Shown in pieces: positions 29,114 to 38,204 of a stretch of 64,000 nucleotides of DNA; within the stretch, counting starts at the first letter, position 1, and the number at the start of each line of letters is the position of its first letter. Both the position numbers and the translations under genes were made by a program. The notes under the pieces were generated by a model. That model had not been told where the DNA came from, did no database searches, and worked only from the letters and a program-made list of their open reading frames with translations. This DNA is from an uncultured Spirochaetales bacterium (GTDB lineage Bacteria > Spirochaetota > Spirochaetia > DSM-27196 > CAZFLD01), in contig CAZFLD010000016.1 of the NCBI GenBank assembly GCA_964519835.1, positions 825 through 64,824 of the forward strand, read 5' to 3'.

Positions 29114-31285
29114 TTGTTGGCCCGTTTTTTGCTAGCAACGCAGTGCGTGCAGATTCGGCTTTGTTCCGTCCTACTCGTGCTTTTTGCTCTTATCTCCCTG
29201 GTGGCCTGTCCAAACCCAACCGGCCCGGGCAACGGTGGAACCACGGCCTCGGTTCCGCTACCTCTTCGCGGTACGTGGCTCCGGTTCGACAACGGCGATC
29301 GTTGGCAGGTCTTCTCGGACTCGGTTGCCTCACCCGCACGGGACTACCAACTTGTAAGCGTCCAAGAGGGTGCCGCCGCCTTGCAAGGCGGACGAATTGA
29401 GCTTCTCGGCGATAATCTGGCTCTTTTTGACCCCGACGACAGGGACTCCTTTGTACTGGTGCGTTGGTCGGGCGCACATGCCGTTGCGTCTTTGACCTTG
29501 TTGCACGATGTGGGAGATACGCCGGCGGTAGGCCTTGAAGTGACTGCGCGGGATCGGCGTGATTCGGGCGCGGTCTGGTCTGCAGTGACCGACAGCTCCG
29601 GGGTGGCCACCTTCGACTCATTGGTCCTTGGCAATGACTACGTTTTTGCCTTGGATACACAGGACGGTCTGGAGACGCCCCTTAGCTTCGAGATGCAGCC
29701 GCGTTCGAGCGGGCTCTCCTTGGGCCGGCTGTTTATCAACGCGGAACAAACGCACGTAAAAACGTCGTACCAAATCGAAACAACCGATGAGTGGGAGTAT
29801 GTGTATGCAGGATCCACCTACCCACTCACCGTGGTAGTCCAAAACCTCGGTCCCGGCTCCATTGCGGACCCAGCCGTTCGGCTCGAGCCGGGCGAGGGCA
29901 TTGCCGTGCAAGGGGCCGATGAATCAACCATTGTCGGCTTGGTCTCGCCGGACGGGCTTCGGTCGGCGGGTTTTGTACTGGAGATGGACGATGCCGAAGG
30001 CGCGGTGGAGGACCGCTACGTAGACGTTGTGGTCACCCCGGCGGACGGAGCGCTCGAGTGGCGGGACCGTCTATGGTTTCGTGTACACGCGCAGGAGCGT
30101 ACGGTTGTGGTTCGGACCGCCGACGACGAAGTAAACGTCGCTCTTATTGACTCTTTTGGCCGCGCGCATCGCTCTGCCTCGGTCGCGGGACTGCTGGAGC
30201 TCTCGGTGCCGGCGAAGAACGAGGCATACACACTTGTTGTCGCGCCCGCGGGCGATCAAACCCCGTACGCGTTCCAAATTGATGGAGACCCGCTGGTAGA
30301 CGGGTCCGGCTTGGAGACGACCGATGCTCATGAGCCAAATGACCGCGAAGAACAGGCCGTGGTAGTCGGACCAAACGCGCGGTACCGGAGCTACGCCGCA
30401 GGCGGCGACCTGGACTTTTTTATTATCGAGGACCGGTTTCGATTGTCGGAGAATCTGTTCTGGGGACCGGTCTCCCCGACTGATGAGGGCACAACGACGG
30501 ACTTCGAGCCGACTTTATCATGGTCGGACATCGCGGGCGCCTCCGGCTACGAGGTTCAGTGGGCGTTGAGCGAAGAAGCCCTGGCCGACGCCGAGATAAT
30601 TACCGTCACGGACAGCGCCTATCCAATCGAAGACGCCCTCGAAATCGACCAAGTCTGTCACTGGCGGGTCCGCGCGGCCACCGCCGGAGGCGGCTACAGT
30701 GCCTGGAGCGGCGTGTTTTCCTTCACGCTGGCCTTTACGGTTGGTGATGCGGGCCCGGCCGGAGGGATCGTTTTTTACGACAAGGGAGCCTACTCCGACG
30801 GTTGGCGGTACCTCGAGGCCGCGCCGTTCGACCAAACCGACAGCGGGGTCTCGTACGTGAATCAGGCGACACCCTGGGCGCCGACAGAGAATGCGCAGGC
30901 TCTCCAGGTGCTTGGCGCCGGCGACGAGGCGGTTGGAGCCGGTAGCGCCAATACCGATGTGATTGTCGCCGCTCTTGGGGAGGGCAATTACGCCGCGCGG
31001 CTCTGTGCCGACTTTGCCTACGGTGAGTACGGCGATTGGTTCCTGCCGAGTCGCGGGGAGCTCGACCTGCTCCATGAGAATCAGGATGTTGTCGGTGCCT
31101 TCAACAACACGGGCGCATACTACTTCAGCTCGAGCGAGCACGACGCCGACGAGGTGTGGGTGCGGCAATTTTCGAGCGCCGCGGATGCGGTCACCTACGC
31201 GACGGTCGACTACGGCGGAGCTTCCACAATCCTCGTACCCGGCAAAAGAGCCCAGGCCCTGGTTCGCGCAGTGCGTACCTTCTGA
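29114..31285 (+). CDS. Lipoprotein with Ig/FN3-like domains and a C-terminal DUF1566 (Lcl-like CLec) domain
   Basis: LVAC lipobox, HWRVRA…SAWS FN3-like motif, GPAGGIVFYDKG…WRYLEAAP, WFLPS..EL, YFSSSE and VRAVRTF. Confidence 0.85.
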   Translation: MLARFLLATQCVQIRLCSVLLVLFALISLVACPNPTGPGNGGTTASVPLPLRGTWLRFDNGDRWQVFSDSVASPARDYQLVSVQEGAAALQGGRIELLGDNLALFDPDDRDSFVLVRWSGAHAVASLTLLHDVGDTPAVGLEVTARDRRDSGAVWSAVTDSSGVATFDSLVLGNDYVFALDTQDGLETPLSFEMQPRSSGLSLGRLFINAEQTHVKTSYQIETTDEWEYVYAGSTYPLTVVVQNLGPGSIADPAVRLEPGEGIAVQGADESTIVGLVSPDGLRSAGFVLEMDDAEGAVEDRYVDVVVTPADGALEWRDRLWFRVHAQERTVVVRTADDEVNVALIDSFGRAHRSASVAGLLELSVPAKNEAYTLVVAPAGDQTPYAFQIDGDPLVDGSGLETTDAHEPNDREEQAVVVGPNARYRSYAAGGDLDFFIIEDRFRLSENLFWGPVSPTDEGTTTDFEPTLSWSDIAGASGYEVQWALSEEALADAEIITVTDSAYPIEDALEIDQVCHWRVRAATAGGGYSAWSGVFSFTLAFTVGDAGPAGGIVFYDKGAYSDGWRYLEAAPFDQTDSGVSYVNQATPWAPTENAQALQVLGAGDEAVGAGSANTDVIVAALGEGNYAARLCADFAYGEYGDWFLPSRGELDLLHENQDVVGAFNNTGAYYFSSSEHDADEVWVRQFSSAADAVTYATVDYGGASTILVPGKRAQALVRAVRTF

Positions 31286-31361
31286 TGACCAGGGTCGATT
31301 TTCGGGTGTTTGGCGCACACACTGTCCGCCGGCGGAGGGAAACGGTATCTTTCCACGGAGA

Positions 31362-32168
31362 ATGAAGCCGATTCGCCAACGTACCCCCGCCGTTATTGTC
31401 CTTTTTGCCTCTCTTGTCTCGCTCACGCCCGCGATAGCGCAAAGCGATTCACCCGGCGACGGTGAGGTGCCCGAGCACGTGCCACGATTATCTGCGCACA
31501 AGGCCGATATCGAGGCGGCGTTGCGAGTAGTTGAGACCGGTGAGCTGTCGGCCCTTGACTTCCGTTTCGAGGACTACCATCTGGGGCTTCTCACCGCCGC
31601 CGAGCTCGAGGACCTATACGCGGCAATCACGGAACATGCGCGGTCCCGCGCCAACGCCGCCCGGTCGGACGTCGCCCGGTACAACCTCGGCCTCATCGAG
31701 TTGTTTTTGGCGGCCTATGAGAGCAACACATCGGGCGATTTTGTTCGAATCACGCGGGAGGCCATACCCGACGGAGGTTACATCCGTGGTGGCCCCCCGG
31801 TGGCCGCCGGTTACACCCGTCGTTTTGAGTTTGGGCGCGACTACGTGTCGTTTTTCGAAAACGAGATGGACGGCATCTCCCGCATGATCGGCTACACCGG
31901 CGGATGGCGTATGCAAGGTCCCTTTCTGGTTGTGGACCTGTGGGCGATATCAACACTCTCGGGAGGCCGATTTGAACCCGGGCGCTTTGCCTCGATCGGT
32001 ACCGAATGGGTGCTGACCGAGGCTCGGTTCGAGACGACGATAGTACCCGAGGACGCACACTACATACTTCGGCTACCGATCTCCGCTTTAGAGACCCGAG
32101 CCATGTTTGGCACAGAGATCCCCTTTGTCAGAATCGCCGGTTTGCCGTACGGCCGCGTCTACGACTAA
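31362..32168 (+). CDS. Hypothetical secreted protein
   Basis: ATG after GGAG; signal peptide MKPIRQR…PAIAQ; coding-like composition. Confidence 0.7.
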   Translation: MKPIRQRTPAVIVLFASLVSLTPAIAQSDSPGDGEVPEHVPRLSAHKADIEAALRVVETGELSALDFRFEDYHLGLLTAAELEDLYAAITEHARSRANAARSDVARYNLGLIELFLAAYESNTSGDFVRITREAIPDGGYIRGGPPVAAGYTRRFEFGRDYVSFFENEMDGISRMIGYTGGWRMQGPFLVVDLWAISTLSGGRFEPGRFASIGTEWVLTEARFETTIVPEDAHYILRLPISALETRAMFGTEIPFVRIAGLPYGRVYD

Positions 32169-32203
32169 CTCAATGCCCGGTCTAAAAACCATGCGTCTGC
32201 CGC

Positions 32204-33253
32204 CTAGATCATGTAACTGACGACGACGTAGCCGCTGTAGAGCACAAGGAGTGCCGCTCCCGCGGGCCTGCCCAAAGCCTTTTTTGCCACGAGTGTGATG
32301 GTATGGAACAGGGCCAATACCAGGATCATGGCCGGAAACTGCAGGTGAAAGAAAAAGCCGGGCACCACAAGCCCACCGGGCGTAACCGCCGAGGACACAC
32401 CGGCCACAAAGAGCACGTTGAGAATGTTAGCGCCGATAACGTTGCCGACGGCGAGCTCGCCGTGACCTCTCCTGGCCGCCGTGACCGCGGTCACAAGCTC
32501 CGGCAAGCTAGTCCCCAATGCTACCATGGTGGCGGCGATAATTGCCGCGGGAATGCGTGCGCGCAGGGCGATAACTTCTACGGCGGGAATCAGCACCTTC
32601 GAGGACACCACGATGATCGCGATGCCCAGCACAAGACGCACGACCACTACGGCCGTTTTCGCGTCGGCAGCTCCGTGGACCGACACCTCGCCCCCAACAC
32701 CGATGTCTCGGTTTTTGTCCCGCTTTGACCAGCGAATTGATAGGTAGATATAGCCGATGAGCACCGCAACAAACGCAAAACCAACCCACTGTGGCACGCG
32801 GCCGCTCGGAACCTCTTGCGTGAATATCGAGCCGACCCCTCCGGGTACGCTTATAACGGCAACCGCCACCAGCAGCACCGCGAAGCCGACCTGCAGCCAT
32901 CCTTGCCGGCCGGTAATGGATTTGTCCAGAGCCAGGGGTCTGACCAAGGCCGCAAGCCCAAGGATAAGTCCTGCGTTGCAGATTATGGAGCCGACGGCGT
33001 TTCCCAATGCCAGGTCCGGGTTTCCTTGCACGGAAGCAAAAACCGACACCGCGGCCTCCGGCATGGTGGTGCCTATGCTGACAACCGTGGCGCCGATGAC
33101 CACGGTAGGTATGCCGGATTTGACCGACAGACGTACCGCCTCGTCCACCAGCAGGTCGGCCCCCTTCCCCAGGGCCACAAGAGACACAATGACGATGGCG
33201 ATAAGAATCAGAACGTGGAAGTCGGACAAAAGGTCGCGGAGGAACAGGTCCAC
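32204..33253 (-). CDS. Calcium/sodium antiporter (CaCA, YrbG-like)
   Basis: Alpha repeats GTTMPE…GNAVGS and GTSLPE…GNVIGAN; SD AGGAG. Confidence 0.93.
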   Translation of the reverse strand: MDLFLRDLLSDFHVLILIAIVIVSLVALGKGADLLVDEAVRLSVKSGIPTVVIGATVVSIGTTMPEAAVSVFASVQGNPDLALGNAVGSIICNAGLILGLAALVRPLALDKSITGRQGWLQVGFAVLLVAVAVISVPGGVGSIFTQEVPSGRVPQWVGFAFVAVLIGYIYLSIRWSKRDKNRDIGVGGEVSVHGAADAKTAVVVVRLVLGIAIIVVSSKVLIPAVEVIALRARIPAAIIAATMVALGTSLPELVTAVTAARRGHGELAVGNVIGANILNVLFVAGVSSAVTPGGLVVPGFFFHLQFPAMILVLALFHTITLVAKKALGRPAGAALLVLYSGYVVVSYMI

Positions 33254-33329
33254 GGCTTCTCCTTGGTGCGTGGCCTGGTGTTGTTTCTTTCACACCAAGC
33301 CGGATGTGTGACGTTCCAAAAGATGATCC

Positions 33330-33692
33330 TCAGCTAAGGATCTGCTCGATTAGCTCCACCAGGCGGTCTTCGTCGTACGGCTTTCGAACGTAGTAGCTGT
33401 TTTTGATGTTGCGCGCACGACGCTCGACCTTTGTATCTTCGTTGGCGGTCAGGAAGAGTATGGGCGTCGAGCCAAAGACCGTAAGACGGTGTGCCGAGTC
33501 GATCCCGTCGATATAACTCCTGAGCTGTATGTCCATGATAATCAGGTCCGGACGGACCCTGGCGTAGGCCTCGACAACGGTATCTGCGGAGGGGACGATT
33601 TCCGGCACCACGTAGCCACGCTGCTCGAGTGTCGCTTTGAGCTCCAGTGCCATGATCGGTTCGTCTTCTATTATTAGCAGCGTTCCACCCAT
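33330..33692 (-). CDS. Single-domain response regulator
   Basis: IIEDE, IMDIQL, FLTA and KPY. Confidence 0.9.
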   Translation of the reverse strand: MGGTLLIIEDEPIMALELKATLEQRGYVVPEIVPSADTVVEAYARVRPDLIIMDIQLRSYIDGIDSAHRLTVFGSTPILFLTANEDTKVERRARNIKNSYYVRKPYDEDRLVELIEQILS

Positions 33693-33713
33693 GTTGGAGG
33701 ATAGTTATCAGAA

Positions 33714-35141
33714 TTACCGGGCAGCGTCCAGCCAGCGGCACCCATCGGCGCCGTGCGGCCGGTGTTTTGGGAAGTCGAGGGTGACCTCGGTTCCTTTGCC
33801 TTCCTGCGAGGAGATGGATATCTCGATCTTGAGCTGATTGCATAGCACTCGAACCAAGGCAAGACCGATTCCGCTTCCGCGCTCTCCCGCCGTTCCAAGC
33901 GTCGATGCAACTTGCCCGTCGTTCATCAACCTATCCACCTGGTCGGGCGGCATTCCCACGCCGTTGTCACGGATCGTTAGTCGTGACTGTTCCTCAAGCT
34001 CTAGGCACTCAATAGTCACCGCGTCCCCCGGATGCGAAAACTTGACCGCGTTGGAAACAAGGTTTCGTACGATTATTGCCAGCCACTCTTCCTCGCCGCA
34101 TACCAACCGCATGGCCTTGTCGTCAGACACCACCAGTTTGACGCCTTTGCGCTCTGCCTCGTGTGTGACGTAGTCCACCGAGAGGTGGATCACTTCCCGG
34201 AGGCTGACCGTGCCCATGATCTCGGGGAGGCCCCGGACTTGGGCCTTCGCAAACGACACCAGGTTCTCCAGGATTCGTGTTGAATACCCAAGTGTTTGTT
34301 CCAGAACCTCCAATTCGTGCCTTTTTGTCTCCAAGTCTTCCGGTGCCTTTACCAAAAAACGCGACACGTACCGGTGTGCCGCCGTCAGTGGCGTCTTTAC
34401 GTCATGGCCGATAACCGAGAGCAGGGTCGTTGTCATTGTATTGAGGCGTGCCAATTCGACGTTTTGTTTTTGAAGGCGTTCCTCGCGGCTCAGCCGTTCT
34501 CGTTCCAGGCGCGTTCCCGACAGGAGGTAGTAGCTAAAAAGGATCAAAACGGGCGTGAGGGCCGACAGAAAATAAAAGACCGTTACGAATCCCGTCTCGT
34601 TTCCAAAAATGCGCTCGTTGGTCACCGCATATGCCGGAATCCGCCCGAGATTTGCTATCGCCAAAGAGAAAAACGTAATTGCAACAAGAGTGATTGGAAG
34701 CCGAACCGACTTGGGCGGGTGGGTGAGCATCACCGTTGCCACGGCCCCGTCCAAGACAGCTATCAACGCGGAAAACAGGATCGATCTAAAGCGCATGTCC
34801 GGGGACAGGTCCACTGCAAAAAGAGCTATTGCCACGGGCAAGGCGAGGTATATCCAAATCGGAAACCGGCGCTTGGTACAAAAGGCCCATACGGATCGAA
34901 GAAAGAGCAACGCTCCCGCAATAAACGGAATGTTGCTGAAAAAGACCGCCACAAGCCACGGCAGATCGCTTCGAAGGGCAACGCCGCCGGCGCCTACCAT
35001 CAGAAGCGCTTGCCCAAGTAACCACCACGAGGCGCCGGAAAACCGCCGTTTTACTAGGTACAGAACGAGAGCAAAACCAAAGCTCGCGGCGTATAAAAGA
35101 ACCAAGACGGCCCACAACGTCGGCAGGTGTAGTTCCACCAT
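33714..35141 (-). CDS. 7-TM sensor histidine kinase
   Basis: Seven hydrophobic segments, IGHDVKTPL, NLVSNAVKFS, DNGVGM and GSGIGL. Confidence 0.9.
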   Translation of the reverse strand: MVELHLPTLWAVLVLLYAASFGFALVLYLVKRRFSGASWWLLGQALLMVGAGGVALRSDLPWLVAVFFSNIPFIAGALLFLRSVWAFCTKRRFPIWIYLALPVAIALFAVDLSPDMRFRSILFSALIAVLDGAVATVMLTHPPKSVRLPITLVAITFFSLAIANLGRIPAYAVTNERIFGNETGFVTVFYFLSALTPVLILFSYYLLSGTRLERERLSREERLQKQNVELARLNTMTTTLLSVIGHDVKTPLTAAHRYVSRFLVKAPEDLETKRHELEVLEQTLGYSTRILENLVSFAKAQVRGLPEIMGTVSLREVIHLSVDYVTHEAERKGVKLVVSDDKAMRLVCGEEEWLAIIVRNLVSNAVKFSHPGDAVTIECLELEEQSRLTIRDNGVGMPPDQVDRLMNDGQVASTLGTAGERGSGIGLALVRVLCNQLKIEISISSQEGKGTEVTLDFPKHRPHGADGCRWLDAAR

Positions 35142-35231
35142 GGCCACATTACGACACAAAACCATGCAATTCGGAAAGTCCTACCGCGGCTTTTCTTTTT
35201 GTAACACAAACCCTGTGGTATTCTGAGCGAC

Positions 35232-36437
35232 ATGAAGTTTTCTCCCGAGTTTTTAAAGGCGATTCCAAAAAACGATCTCCATGTGCACCTCGACGGCAGC
35301 CTACGCCTCGAGACGCTTATCGACTTAGCCCGCGCGCAAAGGGTCGAGCTTCCCTCGTACACCCCCGAGGGGCTGAGGGCGACTCTGTTTATGGACAGTT
35401 ACCAGGATCTCAACGAGTATTTGAGCGGCTTTTCCTACACCTGCAGCGTGATGCAGGACCCGGACAGCCTCGAGCGAATAGCGTATGAGCTTGCGCAGGA
35501 CAACCTCGCGGAGGGGGTTCGCTATCTCGAAGTGCGATTTGCCCCCCAATTACACATCTCCGACAGGCTGAGCTTCGAGGACGTGATGGCGTCGGTCGAC
35601 AAGGGATTCCGTCGCGCCCGCGATGCGTTCAACGCCACCCTCGGAGGCGATGAACCGGAGTTCGAGTACGGAATTATCGTTACCGCAATGCGGTTTTTTA
35701 CCCCCAAATTCAGCAGTTACTACAACGATCTCGCGCGTGTGCACAGCTTCTCGACGGAGGATGAGCTTATCCCGATGGCGTCGTTGGAGCTCGCCAAGGC
35801 GACAATCAAGCTCCGGCGTGAGTCGGACATTCAGGTGGTCGCCTTCGACCTGGCCGGGAGCGAGTACGGCTACCCCGCCGCCGCGCACCAGGCGGCCTAC
35901 GACTACGTGCACGAGCACTTTATGAAAAAGACGGTGCACGCCGGAGAGGCCTACGGCCCCGAGTCGATCTTCCAGGCAATCACAAAGCTCCACGCGGACC
36001 GAATCGGGCACGGCTTACGGCTGTTTCGTAGCGACATGGTGTACGATGATTCGGTTACCGACAGAGATCGGTACGTCCGGGAGCTTGCCAATTACATCGC
36101 CGACAAGCGGATCACGGTAGAGGTCTGCCTGACGAGCAATTTACAGACCTGTCCCGACTTGCTCGGGATCAAGGATCACAGCTTGGGACAGATGCTCGAA
36201 AGAAACCTAAGCCTCTCGATTTGCACGGACAATCGGCTTGTCAGCAACACATCCGTCACCAAAGAACTCGAGCTTGCGATTGACGGCTTTGGCATCAGCG
36301 CCAAACAGCTCAAGAACATTCTTATCTACGGCTTCAAGCGGAGCTTTTTCTACAAGAGCTACCCGGAAAAGCGACGGTGGGTTCGGACTATTACCGACTA
36401 CTACGAACGATTAGAGAGGGAGCACGCGGTAGTCTAA
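35232..36437 (+). CDS. add: Adenosine deaminase family protein
   Basis: DLHVHLDGS, YLEVRFAP, TVHAGE, RIGHG and CTDN. Confidence 0.9.
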   Translation: MKFSPEFLKAIPKNDLHVHLDGSLRLETLIDLARAQRVELPSYTPEGLRATLFMDSYQDLNEYLSGFSYTCSVMQDPDSLERIAYELAQDNLAEGVRYLEVRFAPQLHISDRLSFEDVMASVDKGFRRARDAFNATLGGDEPEFEYGIIVTAMRFFTPKFSSYYNDLARVHSFSTEDELIPMASLELAKATIKLRRESDIQVVAFDLAGSEYGYPAAAHQAAYDYVHEHFMKKTVHAGEAYGPESIFQAITKLHADRIGHGLRLFRSDMVYDDSVTDRDRYVRELANYIADKRITVEVCLTSNLQTCPDLLGIKDHSLGQMLERNLSLSICTDNRLVSNTSVTKELELAIDGFGISAKQLKNILIYGFKRSFFYKSYPEKRRWVRTITDYYERLEREHAVV

Positions 36438-37369
36438 GACTCGACGGCCTGAAGGCGCTGCAGCTCGCCGGCGATTTTGGCCGCCACCGCTGCGTTGTTT
36501 TTCACAAGTGCGATGTTGGCCTCGAGGCTCCTGCCGCCGGTCAACTCCACGATCCTGGCGAGAAGATAAGGCGTGACCTCCTGGCCCCGTATTCCTTTGC
36601 TCGACACCTCGGATACCGCTTGCTCGATGATGCCTTCGATGTAGCCGTGCTCCATCTCGGCGGACGTGGGAATTGGGTTGGCCACAAGGGCGCCCCCTCC
36701 AAATCCGGCGGTCCACTGGGCGTGTATAAGCTCCGCCGCTTCGCGTGCGTCGGCCACTCGTGCGGATACCGGAAGGCCCGTGTACCGCGTGTAAAAGGCG
36801 GGAAACTCATCGGTGGCGTAGCCGTAGACCGGCACACCGAGTGTTTCGAGGTACTCCAAGGTCCGGGGAATGTCCAAGATCGACTTGACGCCCGCACTAA
36901 CAACCGCCACCTCAGACCGAGACAGCTCCACCAAGTCCCCCGACACGTCCATCGTGCTCTCGACGCCGCGGTGGACCCCGCCGGTACCGCCGGTGGCAAA
37001 GACCCGGATGCCCGCGGCGGCGGCAACGATCATCGTCGCGGCCACCGTTGTTGCGGCTACTTGGCGTGTGGCAAGGGCCAAGGCCAGCTCGCGGCGCCCC
37101 GCCTTGATCACCGCGTCGGACTTTGCCAAAAACTCCAATTCCCCGTCGGAAAGCCCCGCCACCATCTCGCCGCCGATGACCGCGACGGTGGCCGGAACCG
37201 CACCCGCGTCTCGCACCACCGTTTCCACCTCTCGTGCGGTCTCGATGTTCCTCGGGTAGGGCATGCCGTGGGAAATGATGGTTGACTCCAAAGCCACAAC
37301 CGGTTGTCCGGTTTCCTGCGCCTTTTTGGCCTCCGCGCCAAGGCGGAGGTAACGGTTAGCGCCGTGCAT
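36434..37369 (-). CDS. psuG: Pseudouridine-5'-phosphate glycosidase
   Basis: VALESTIISHGMPYP, ATTVAAT, GGVHRG, AGVKSILD and TPYLL. Confidence 0.95.
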   Translation of the reverse strand: MHGANRYLRLGAEAKKAQETGQPVVALESTIISHGMPYPRNIETAREVETVVRDAGAVPATVAVIGGEMVAGLSDGELEFLAKSDAVIKAGRRELALALATRQVAATTVAATMIVAAAAGIRVFATGGTGGVHRGVESTMDVSGDLVELSRSEVAVVSAGVKSILDIPRTLEYLETLGVPVYGYATDEFPAFYTRYTGLPVSARVADAREAAELIHAQWTAGFGGGALVANPIPTSAEMEHGYIEGIIEQAVSEVSSKGIRGQEVTPYLLARIVELTGGRSLEANIALVKNNAAVAAKIAGELQRLQAVES

Positions 37370-38204
37370 CAAGCCACTCCTCGGCCCACGCCATTCCGTC
37401 CCGTATACACGCATCAATGTCCTTGCCCGCGGCCACGCCGGTTGAGAGTCCCGCCACAAATGCGTCGCCGGCCCCCGTTTCGTCGTTTACGGCCACCGTG
37501 CGACCCGAAAATCGTCGCGTGGAGCCGTCGGCGCACACCAAGAGCTTGACCCCCTCCGGGCCGAGGCTGGTGACGATGTGATCGTAGACCGGCCCGCGAA
37601 CGTCCGCCGACTGGCGGTGGATGACCTTTTCTTCCATCTTGTTGGGCTTTACGGCGTAGACACGCCCGGAGACGGCGGCAAGCTTCTCGGCCTTCGCCAC
37701 GCTAACGGGATCGACCACTACGGGAACCCCCGCTTGGTTTGCAGCGGCGACGAGTGCTTTTATCGCCTCTACCGTGAGATTGGTGTCCAAGACAAGCGCT
37801 CCGGCACCCCGCACGACCTCGGCGAGTCGCCCGACAGCCGCCTTGTCCAAGGCATCGGTTGATGTCATGTCGGAGGCTGCCAACTCGAGCCGACCTTCCT
37901 CGTTGACGATGGAGACGTAGGTTCCCGGCGGCGACTGAGGTACGTGAATGACGTGGTCGACATTTACCCCGCCGCGGGCGGTCCGCTCGATGACCTCGTT
38001 GGACAGCGCGTCGTCACCGACCGCGCCGAGTAGGGTGACCAATAAACCGTGGGACGCGACCACGGCGGCGATATTTCGAGCAACGCCCCCGGGGGCGATC
38101 GTGATGTGAGCGGGGTTGGAGGTGCCGCGTTTCAGGGGGCCCGCCGCCGGTCGGGCGCGGACATCCACATTGATGCCTCCCGCGACAACAAGTGGGGCAC
38201 TCAT
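37356..38204 (-). CDS. psuK: PfkB carbohydrate kinase, probable pseudouridine kinase
   Basis: GGVARNIA, VDPVS..K, KPN and DETGAGDAF; overlaps psuG. Confidence 0.8.
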   Translation of the reverse strand: MSAPLVVAGGINVDVRARPAAGPLKRGTSNPAHITIAPGGVARNIAAVVASHGLLVTLLGAVGDDALSNEVIERTARGGVNVDHVIHVPQSPPGTYVSIVNEEGRLELAASDMTSTDALDKAAVGRLAEVVRGAGALVLDTNLTVEAIKALVAAANQAGVPVVVDPVSVAKAEKLAAVSGRVYAVKPNKMEEKVIHRQSADVRGPVYDHIVTSLGPEGVKLLVCADGSTRRFSGRTVAVNDETGAGDAFVAGLSTGVAAGKDIDACIRDGMAWAEEWLDARR

